Positions 9,493 through 19,700 of a DNA stretch of 25,338 nt are shown here, piece after piece. Numbering within the stretch: the stretch's first letter is position 1; the number at the start of each line of letters is the position of its first letter. Source of the DNA: Fonticula alba ATCC 38817 (lineage: Eukaryota > Protista > Nucleariida). The notes under the pieces are model-generated. The model did no database searches. It was not told the DNA's origin and worked only from the letters and a program-made list of their open reading frames with translations. A program made the position numbers and the translations under genes. The DNA is taken from NCBI GenBank assembly GCA_000388065.2, contig KB932212.1; one strand, given 5' to 3'.

Positions 9493-10287
9493 NNNNNNNN
9501 NNNNNNNNNNNNNNNNNNNNNNNNNNNNNNNNNNNNNNNNNNNNNNNNNNNNNNNNNNNNNNNNNNNNNNNNNNNNNNNNNNNNNNNNNNNNNNNNNNNN
9601 NNNNNNNNNNNNNNNNNNNNNNNNNNNNNNNNNNNNNNNNNNNNNNNNNNNNNNNNNNNNNNNNNNNNNNNNNNNNNNNNNNNNNNNNNNNNNNNNNNNN
9701 NNNNNNNNNNNNNNNNNNNNNNNNNNNNNNNNNNNNNNNNNNNNNNNNNNNNNNNNNNNNNNNNNNNNNNNNNNNNNNNNNNNNNNNNNNNNNNNNNNNN
9801 NNNNNNNNNNNNNNNNNNNNNNNNNNNNNNNNNNNNNNNNNNNNNNNNNNNNNNNNNNNNNNNNNNNNNNNNNNNNNNNNNNNNNNNNNNNNNNNNNNNN
9901 NNNNNNNNNNNNNNNNNNNNNNNNNNNNNNNNNNNNNNNNNNNNNNNNNNNNNNNNNNNNNNNNNNNNNNNNNNNNNNNNNNNNNNNNNNNNNNNNNNNN
10001 NNNNNNNNNNNNNNNNNNNNNNNNNNNNNNNNNNNNNNNNNNNNNNNNNNNNNNNNNNNNNNNNNNNNNNNNNNNNNNNNNNNNNNNNNNNNNNNNNNNN
10101 NNNNNNNNNNNNNNNNNNNNNNNNNNNNNNNNNNNNNNNNNNNNNNNNNNNNNNNNNNNNNNNNNNNNNNNNNNNNNNNNNNNNNNNNNNNNNNNNNNNN
10201 NNNNNNNNNNNNNNNNNNNNNNNNNNNNNNNNNNNNNNNNNNNNNNNNNNNNNNNNNNNNNNNNNNNNNNNNNNNNNNNNNNNNNNN
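9493..10287. other. Assembly gap (795 N), possibly hiding the first exon of the R3H gene
   Basis: N run followed by a C run. Confidence 1.
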
Positions 10288-10773
10288 CCCCCCCCCGGCC
10301 CCTCCTCTCCGGGGGAAAAGTAAACACACGGGCCGCTGCATTTCCGGCGCCGGCCGGGACAAACGTCACGGCGCAAACAGCCGCCCCCGGCCAGGGGGCG
10401 CATGTAGCTGCCGGGGTGCGCTTCGGCGCGGGCAGCCGCCTCCCCGGTGCCCGCGCGCACCGCGTTCCCCCCTTTTTCCCGCCCCCCCCCGTCGGCGGAG
10501 GGACAGCCGGGAGGGAGCACCGCCAGCGGGCGCCCCAGAACACAATGGCGTTCTGGCGTACGTGACCGGCGCCTCACATGCCCACATTGTGGGCTAGCAC
10601 GTCCGCGCCATCGGGGACGTCGAGCTCCGAAATGCGGCCGGGGTGGTGGCCGGCGGGCGGCCCCGGCCCCGGGACATCGCCCCCCCCCCCCTCCCCCCTC
10701 CCGCCTGCTTGCCCGCTTTTCTGTTCGCTTGATCGCCCGCCCTGCCCGCCCAACCCGCCCGGCCTTGCCTCGC
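10288..10773. promoter_or_regulatory. Probable divergent promoter region between the R3H gene (-) and the glycosyltransferase gene (+)
   Basis: Head-to-head gene arrangement. Contains a TGACGT motif (minus, ~10363-10368) and the palindrome GCCCACA-T-TGTGGGC (10580-10594). Function is inferred only. Confidence 0.4.
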
Positions 10774-12564
10774 ATGCTGTGCCTGGTGCTCGCCCTGCTG
10801 GCGGCGGTACTTGCCCGCGCCGCAGCCCAGGGCCTCCCTACGGAAATCCTGCCGCACCTGGTGACCGACCTGTCGCCGCCGACGCTCGTGCCGCCGGCCG
10901 CGCTGGCGGCGGAGGGACCGCAGGCCGACTGGCCGGCGCCCCGCTGGCTGACCCGCGACGAGGCCAGCTATTGCGACATGGCTCGCGCCTGGGCCGTGGC
11001 CCCCCCGGCGCCGGGCCACCAGGGCCGCCCGGTGCTCAGTGTGGCCCTCGTCACCGAGGCCTTCCTGGACGTGGCCGACAACTGGCTGCGGCATGTGGCG
11101 ATGGCCGCTCCCGGCTGGGCCGCCGGCCGCCGGCCCGCGGTGGCCCTCTTCCCCGTCGGGCCGCCGGCGCTGGCGCACGAGCTCCGCCGTCGCGGTGCGC
11201 CCGGGCGCTGTCTCGCCCGCCCGCCCCTGCTGCCTCGGCCACCCTCCAAGGCCTCCTGACCACACCGCCCCGCCTGTATCTCCCCCCCCCCCCTCCCCTG
11301 CTTCCTCCGCGATCCCTGCCGGCCCCGGGCCAGGCATCCCCTTCCGGCCCTTCCCGCGCTCGGTGCTGGACACGCTGGCGGCGGCCGGCGGCCGGGCCTG
11401 GCGCGACGCCGTGCGCCGGCTCTTCGACGGGGGCCCCGGGCCGCTGCGGTCGGCCGAGCTCGGCGCCCTGTGGGCCGTGCGCATGGGCCTGCTGCAGCTC
11501 CTGCTCGAGTGCGGCCTGGACGTGCTGCACAGCGACCTGGACGCCGTGTGGCTCGGCGCGCCCGATCGGTGGATCTTCCCCGAGAGCCCGGCCGGGCGGC
11601 CGGCCCGCCGCGAGGCGCCCCCGGCCGGGCTCCCGGGCGCGCGTGGCCTGGCCCGGCTGGCCGGCCGGCTGGATGCCCTGGAGCAGGATCTCTTCGATGA
11701 TCTGGCCGCCGCCGGCGGCGGCGGGCCCCGGTGCCTGGACGCCGTCGGCCGGCATGCGCTGGACACCGCCGACGTGCTTTTCTCCCGCGGCACCTTCCCG
11801 GCCGATGTGCAGGAGCTCCTCGGTGCGTCGGGCCGGCCGCCCGGGGACCGCCGCCGCGCATCCCCCCTCCGCCTGTCCGCTGGCCATCGGCCCGCTGCCG
11901 CCCTCGCCTAGCTCACCTCCCGGTCACCGTGTCGGCCGCGATGCCTCCTGCGACGCGCCCCCGCCCCCCTCGGCCAAGGCGTCACCGGGTGCATGGGGTT
12001 CGTCCTGCTCCGGGGGACGCCCAGCACCAGGCACCTCCTGCGCCGGGTCCTGGCGGCCGGGGTGGCGGGCCCGCCGCCGGCTGCCAACCCCCCGGCCGCC
12101 GAGGCCCCCTGTGCCGAGCTGGCCGGCCGGCCGGTGCTGGCCGTGCCTCTCCCCGGCCCCGGGGCCCGGTGCGCCTGGGTCCCCTGCCCGGCCGGGGACA
12201 TCCTATCCCGGCACGCATGCTGGATGTCCGCGCCGCATGCGGCCCCCCCGGGCCCGGCCACCTTCGACGACCAGGCCGCACTCAACCGCATGCTGGTGGA
12301 GTATGGCGTCGGCCGGCCCCGCTGCGTGGGCCGCCACTCGGCCGACGCCCAGGCCCGGCCCTGCCTGGTCCAGGTGGCGTCCAACCGCGTGCGTCCCGAA
12401 GCGGCCCCTCGCCGCCGCCGCCGCCGCCGCCAGGGGCGGCCCGCGCGCCTGCGGCTGTCGGACCCTCCCCGGTCGGCGTGCTTCGCGCTCTCCCTCGCGC
12501 ACACACACACGCACGCAGCCGGGCTGGATTGCCGCGCCCCCCCGCACACTAACACGCCCTCGCG

Positions 12565-12595
<31 letters not shown>

Positions 12596-13010
12596 CTCGC
12601 GCCACCACACACACATACACACACATACACATACACACACATACACATACACACATATGCCCATGCGCCGGTCCGTGCAGCTGTCGCAGGACCATGCGCT
12701 GGCGCGCTGGGAGGCCCGGTGTGCCGGGCGGCCGGGCCCCCCGCCGCCCGGGGCCGACTCGCCGGCGGCCCGTGCCGCCCCGGCCCTGCGCGTGGCCTTC
12801 CTGGCCGAGGAGCTGGTCGTGCGGCAGTGCGGCGACCGGGTCTTCGCCCCGGGGGGGCCTGACCAGCCCCTGGTCGCGCACTGCCTCAGCTCCAAGACCG
12901 CCGGCTCCAAGGCCGCGTCCCTCGCCCGGCATGGCCTGTGGACGGTGCCGCCGGCCGGGGCGCGCACCTCGCGCGGCAGCTCCGACACGGGGCCACACCG
13001 CCCGCCCTGA
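10774..13010 (+). CDS. Nucleotide-diphospho-sugar transferase (PF03407, GT77-like glycosyltransferase), ~549 aa, N-terminal signal peptide or anchor
   Basis: Exons 10774-11194, 11334-11822, 11979-12388, 12681-13010 (TGA), phases 1,1,0; total 1650 nt. Motifs: VTEAFLDVADNWL, LWAVRMGLLQLLLECGLDVLHSDLDAVWL (DxD), SRGTFP..V..LLGVTGCMGF, FDDQAALNRML, VAHCLSSKTAGSKAASLARHGLW. N-terminus MLCLVLALLAAVLARAAAQ is hydrophobic. Confidence 0.82.
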
Positions 13011-13037
13011 TGCACTTGGCCCTGGCGCGCCTTCCGC

Positions 13038-13127
13038 NNNNNNNNNNNNNNNNNNNNNNNNNNNNNNNNNNNNNNNNNNNNNNNNNNNNNNNNNNNNNNN
13101 NNNNNNNNNNNNNNNNNNNNNNNNNNN
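13038..13127. other. Assembly gap (90 N) between the convergent GT and GDE 3' ends
   Basis: N run followed by poly-C. Confidence 1.
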
Positions 13128-13271
13128 CCCCCCCCCCCGGAGGGCGCAGGCAAGAAGACAAGGGTGGCTGGCGTACGCCCGGCGGCCGGACCGGCACAGC
13201 AGGGCCACAGCGCGGGCGAATGCCCAGCCAGGCGTGGGGCATTTCTAGTGCGCCGTGCGCGCTCGCGCGCC

Positions 13272-14062
13272 TCACCAGTAGGTCATGTGCAGCCCGGCGC
13301 CCCAGGCCTCCATCGAGGCCTCCAGCGCCAGGGCCGAGCTCCAGGCCTGGGTCGGGCAGGAGAGCGGCGTGGCCGGATGGCCGGACAGGTTGGTCAGCTC
13401 CGGCAGCCCGTGCCAGCGCCAGTCGGTCTGCAGGGCCCCGGCCGCGGCGGCCGGGCTGTGGTCCTCGGTCGGCGGGATGAACATGTGCGCCCGGTGGCTG
13501 CGCATGATGAGCGTGCGCCGCGCGCGACGGAACTGCCCCGCGCGCCGGGGACGGGGGGGGGGGGCGGCGAGGCGGATCACCAAGGGGGAACACCTGGTCA
13601 GTACATGGCGCGTGGGGGGGGCGGCGTGCGCGCGTGGGTCCCTCCGCCCGGGGTGGGGGGACACCCCCGGCGGCCGGGGCGCACGTACCGAGCGCGAGAG
13701 GTTCAGCGCGGCCGTCTCGTCGATGGCCTGCGCGCAGTCGGTCCCGGTGTAGCCGGCGCGCAGCTGGCCCACCAGGTCCGCGCGCGAGAGGCCGAACTGC
13801 CCGAGGTGCGCGTCCTCCTCGGCCGGGGTGGTGGCCTCGAAGCCAGACGACGAGCCGGACGGCGAGAGCCCCGACTCCCCGGGCAGGTACATGCGGATGG
13901 CGCGCTGCACCGGGCTCGAGATGCGCCGGTTCTTGCCCGCGTGCGAGGGGGCCACCAGGACCGGGTCGAACTTGATGGCCGACAGCCAGAAGAAGCCGGT
14001 GGGCCAGAGCCACTCCTGCGTGTGTGTGTGTGTGTGTGTGTGCGTGTGTGTGTGCATGTGCA

Positions 14063-14093
<31 letters not shown>

Positions 14094-16687
14094 GTGTGCG
14101 TGTGCATGTGCATGTGCATGTGCATGTGCGTGTGCGTGTGCATGTGCATGTGCATGTGCGTGTGCGTGTGCATGTGCATGTGCGTGTGCGTGTGCGTGTG
14201 TGTGAGTTTCGGTTGCGTGTGTGGGGTGGTCGGTCACGCGTGCATCGGTGCGAGAAAGTGCCGCGCGCGCGGGGGGGGGGGCGGCCGCGAAAGAGGGGAA
14301 AAGAACACCCGAGAGGCGCCCTGCCGGGCCACAGCCCAGGCCAGGCACCAGGCCGAGGGGGGGGGGGGGGGGGAAAAAGGACCGGAAGAAAGCCCGGCGC
14401 CGGGACACGCACCGGACCCTGGTGATAGTTGAAGCCCCCGTCGACGAAGGGGTCCCCGGTGGCCCCCTCGCTGCCCAGGTAGAAGGGCCGGAAGCGCCAG
14501 TCGGCCGGGTCCAGCGTGCGCATGCCGGTGCCCGACCGGAGGATCCACTGGTCGTGGGTGTAGGCGCCGGATTGGATGCGCGCGGCGCGGGCGGCCTCGC
14601 CCCGGCCGCGGGTGCTGGCCGCCAGCGCCGCCGCCGTCTGGGCATTGAGGCTGGTCGGCTGGCCGGGCTTCGGCCGGAGGATGGCCGCCGTGGCATTCAG
14701 CCCGACCAGCGCGTGATTCGGCTGGAAGAGGTCCGGCGCCACGGCCATGGCCACCGACACATTGGGCCGGAGCTGGTAATCGCCCCAGCCATCGCACGAG
14801 CCGAAGGTGTCCTTGTAGATGCCCCGCCGGTGGACAAACCGCGCGTCCACCATGTACGCCCCGTCGTCCGCCGGCTCGGCCGGCACCCAGAAGCACGCCT
14901 CGAAGGTCACCTCCAGCAGCCGGCACCACTCCACGAAGGGCACCCACAGCCAGCGCCCCTGCAGCGGGCACCGGTCCGGGTCTTCCGAGCTGCCGGTGGT
15001 GTCGATCCGGCCGATGCCCGGCGGGCCGGCCGCCAGCGGCGGCGGCGTGGTCGGCGGCGTGGCCGTGGGCGCCATGCCGCCGCCCAGCGACCCGGTCGCG
15101 CTGGCCGGCGGCCCGATCGGCACGCGCTCCGCATGCCAGGTGGCCGGGTTGTCGGTCAGGTCGTCCGCGACCCCGGCCGCCCGGCGGCCCTCCTCCCACA
15201 GTCGGCGGACATTGGACGGGACCCAGCCGGCCAGCGGCGGCGGCGGCGACGGCGGCGGCGCCAGTGACGCCGACCCCGGGGCCGGCATGCCCACGCCCGG
15301 GGCATGGCCCTCGGCCGGGCGGGCCTTCTTGTCGGCTGGCCGGCCGCCGCCGTCATCCCCCCGGCCGGCATCCTGGCCCGGGGCCCGGCCCTCCTGCCAC
15401 AGGTCCTGGTACTCGGCGGTCGACCGCCAGCGCCGGGCCCCGAGGAGCTGGTGCCGGCGCCAGGCGGCCGGCGGCTGCCACTCGCCCGGCAGCGCCTCCA
15501 GCCGGCCGAGGATGTTGTCCACGCGCAATTGCACCGGCTCCGGCAGCGGCCGGGCCAGGGCCGCGGGCAGCCCGGCGGCCAGGGCCGCCTCCGGCCGGAC
15601 CACGCACGCCGGCACGCCATCCACCCGGATGGCCCCGCACCGGTGGGCAAAGGCCAGGAACCGCAGGGTGGCATACGACAAGCCGGCCAGCTCGATGGCG
15701 GCCCCGTCGCGCGGGGTGGCCGGCACCCCGCGCGTGCCCCACCGCGCCGACTCGCCCATCTTGTCCATCCAGGTCCCGGCGTTGAGGCGATTCCCGCCGG
15801 CCACCAGCCCGGTGCGCCAGTCGACATACGCCTCGACATTGAAGCCGGGCCCGTGCATCCGGTCGTCGATCTGGCCACCGGCGCGGCGCTCCCGGAATTG
15901 GATGGTCCCGGCCGCATGCCGGGTCACGATCTCCACCAGGATCTCCCCCAGGGGGGTGGGCTCCGGGGCCAGGCGCGCGCCCTCCGGCCAGTCCGGGTCC
16001 AGGTCGTCATCGGCGAAGCGCCGCCACACCCGCCACCCGAGCACCTCCCGGGCGGCGCGCTGCAGGAAGGGCACCCGCCCGGCCGGGCCCAGCCCATGCC
16101 AGCTGCTTTCCAGGGCCCGGAGGAAGGACGCGTCCAGCCCCGGGCCCCGGGGCTCGGCGCCCGGCCCCGCGGACAGGCTCCCCTGCCAGTGCATGAGCAG
16201 GGCCCGGGCCACGACCGTCTGCGACACGGCGTACGGCAGCCACCAGGAGGCATCGCGGCAGTTGTACCGCGGCCGGCGGCCGCCATCCGCCAGGTTGGGG
16301 ATCAGCCCGTGCCGCAGGAGCGACGCGATGGCCAGCAGGTGATCGCGCGCCGCGCGCATGCGGCCCAGCAGCAGCAGCAGCCCGCGGAAGGCTGCCACCG
16401 GCGCGCCGCGCCCCATGGCCCCCGGCGTAAAGGGTGCCCCCGTGCCCCATGGCGTGCCATGCTGATGGTCAGTCTCGCGTCGGGGCCTTCACATGTGTGC
16501 GATTGTGCGAGTGCGCGCGATTGTGGCCCGGTGTGCTTGTGTGTGTGCGCGCGCGAGCGGTCAACGAGCCACGCCCCTCCAAACGAGGCGTGCTGCATGG
16601 GCGCGTCCGTTTGTCCTGGCGCGCCCAGCAAAAGACGAGCACACAGGCCCCGATGCGCGTTCGGCCGTCTGTACATATGTACACCGG

Positions 16688-16720
<33 letters not shown>

Positions 16721-19700
16721 CGACACACAGGCACACCCCCAAGCCCCAGCCCCAGCCAAGAGGCCCAACGCACAGATCAGCACATCGCGCCCCCACACCC
16801 GCAGGTACTCCGTGGCGAAGTGCGGCAACCCGGCGGCCATGCTCGGGGCAAAGCGGATGGCCGGCGTGCCGGCCACCGGCCCGGCGTCCGCGGTCCCGGC
16901 CAGCACCGCCCCATCCGGGCCGCGCTCCACCGGCACCGGCAGGCCCCCGGTGCGCGTCCAGCCCACCAGCTGCACCGAGGTCAGGGCCAGGGCCCGGACC
17001 AGCGGGTCCGGCGACTGGCGCACCCACGGCGACATGGCCTCAAAGCAGCGGTCCACGCAGCGCCGGTGCAGGGCCCGCACGCTGTTCAAAAAGAGCCGGC
17101 CCGCCTGGCGCCGGTGGATCCACAGCCCGTGCCGGGCCCCGCCGCCGGCCCCCGCGTCGAACTCCGCATCGGCCAGCGTCCGCCAGCCGTACGCCAGGGC
17201 GTCCGCCAGCCGCAGCAGGGCCCGGGCGTCGGCCCGGGCGTCGCCCTCCGGCGCCCCGGCCCCGATGGAAAATTGCTCCGCCTCGGCCTCGCCACCGGCC
17301 GGCGCCGGGAGGTCCTCCGTCCGCACGAGGGCCAGCGATTCGTCCAGCAGCACGGCCGCGCACCGGCGGATCCGGTCCACCAGGTGCCGGGCCATCCACC
17401 GGCCGCGGCTGACATGGTAGTGCGTGGCCCGCACCAGCCCATCCGCCCGGGCCGCCTCGTCCACCCCGTCGTCCGGGTACATCAGCAAATCGTCGCGCCA
17501 CTCCTGCGTCAGTGACAGGTACGGCCGCGGCTGGCCGCTGATCGGCGTCGCCCGGCCATACGCCTCCGACGAGTAGGGGTAGATGTCCCCCGGGTAGAGC
17601 AGCGCGTCGATCATCCCCTGCAGGCCGCAGTAGATGAGCGCCCGGCTGGGCGACCCGTAGCCCATGCCCGGCACCTCGTACGCCCCGTACGAGGGGTCTG
17701 CCCGACCGGGGGCCCGTCACCGCCACCGGTCCCCCCGCCCGCCATGGCAGCACCCAAGGGCAGGCGCCGGTTAGTCATCCGACATGGCATGTGCTCTTCT
17801 CGCGCGGCCGGGCGTGCCGCCCCGCCACCGGCCACCCAGGTGTGCCGTCGCCCCCGCCCCTGCCTGCCCCCGCCCCGCACGCCGTCTGCATGGCACATGA
17901 GTGCGTGCGGGTGTGCGCATGTGCGCCTGGACGCCCGCCTCCATGGACGCACCGATCAGATCGCGCTCCTCCTTGTCACACCGGTACAGGACCAGATTCA
18001 GGGCGGTGAGGCTCAGCCGCGAGCAGGCCTCCTCCACCGGGCCGGCGACGCCTGGCGCGCCCGGCGCATCACACGCCGAGGCGTGGTGGTGTCCGTGCGC
18101 GGAGCGCATGTGCCCATGCCCAAGGCAGGTAGAGGGGGGGGGGGGGAGGTGGGGCGGGCGGCGTAGCACGCGCGGTTAGTGCATGCTTACATTTGCATAT
18201 ATATATATATGTACGTATGTGTGCGTGTGTGCGTGTGTGTGCGCGCGTGTGTATGCGCGCGTGCGTGTGTGGCCTCCAGCCTGGGACCCAAGCCCGGAGC
18301 ATGGCAGCGCCCCTGCTGTCAGGCAGAGCCCGGCCCCCGCCCAGGCCCCCCGCCGACGCCCCCGCCGCCGCACACTGTCTCTCTCTCTCTCTCACACACA
18401 CACACAAGGACACATGGACACGCAAGGGGAGGGCCCCGCACGCACCGCCCAATTCCGGGAAACACTCATCGAAGCTGGTCCAAGGACAGGGGGTCGGCGG
18501 GTGCACCGGCACCGGGACCAGGTGCTCGGGGCTGGCCGCCGGATTGGCATCCTCCCGGTCCAGGTAGAGCTTGACCGGGGCGCGCAGGAGCAGCACACCG
18601 CCCGGCGGCAGGCGCATCGAGGTGATCCGCGTGAAGAGGCCGCCCTTCTCCTCGTGCATGTGCAGGCGGTCCTCTGTGCGCGCCGCCACCCGGCCGTCAG
18701 CGCAGAGCCGGAGGGCGGGAGAGGGGGGAAAAAAAAAAGAACGGCACAGCCCCGGGCCGGGGAAGGTGAGTGACGTGTCCCGGTGCGTGTGCCTTCCCCT
18801 CGAGCGCCCCCCCCCCCCCCGGGTGCCCGGGGAAAGGCCCACAAGCAAACGCAAGTGGACGGGCCTACGTACCATCCCAGATCTTCTGCATGCCAAGATC
18901 ATGCACGCGGGCCCAGTCCACCGGGCCGATGGGGCCATGCCCGCCGGCCGCCGCCTGGGCCTCGAGCCACTTGCGCCGCCTGTCGGTGTCCAGCTCCACC
19001 CAGGACATCATGACCGGCTGGAAGCCGGTCTGCTCCAGGGGGATGTCCGCGCTGACATCTGGATGCCGGGCGGGCAAGCGCGCGCACGCGAGTCCGGAGC
19101 AAGGCACGCAGCGAGGCAGGGCGCCAGCGAAGGACCGAGAGAGGGGACAGCGTGTCAGTCCCCATCGCACGCACGTGCACACCTCGCCGGGGTGCACACA
19201 CACACACGCGCGCGCGCACACGGCCCGATGCACGGCGCCAGGCAAAAGAACAGGCCCACCGAGCACGTACGATGGTCCGGCGTCTGGTCAAACCCATCGC
19301 CGAAGGCCGGCCGGGCCACCAGCACAAAGGCCGAGGCACAGGTCACGGCGAATTCATCGTCCGCACCCCCGGTCATCGGGCCGTCCGGCTCGTTGCACAT
19401 CCCGCGGCACTTGGCCGCCATGCAGGCCGGGGCCTCGCGCCGCCACCGGCGAATGACGATGAACTCCCCGCGCTGGGCCACCGACGTGGCCCAGTTCCCC
19501 ACGGCGTGGACGCCGGAATCCCGGCAAGGGGCCAGCCGGGCGAAGAGCCGCATGAGCTTGGATTTGACTGTCGCCCGGGCGGGGGGGGGGGGACGCACGC
19601 CGCCGGGCCGCGAGGCGCAGGCGCAGAAGCACGTCAGCGAGGCCGTCATGCACGGGGGCAGGCAGGAGGCCGAGTCGCGAGCACGCGCGCCCGGGAATAC

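Noticed and set aside
9077-10775. ORFs of 330-530 aa spanning 9077-10775
   Set aside because: Length is inflated by the 795-N gap; flanks are microsatellite or promoter-like.
12389-12500. In-frame read-through VRPEAAPRRRRRRRQGRPARLRLSDPP as an extra GT exon or NLS
   Set aside because: It begins exactly at a consensus GTGCGT donor, the poly-Arg comes from a CGC repeat, and the direct splice to 12681 is in phase.
14221-17515. Long plus-strand ORFs opposite GDE (14221-15267, 14819-16342, 15304-17412, 16493-17515)
   Set aside because: Antisense shadows of GDE exons; they cross introns and lack domain signatures.
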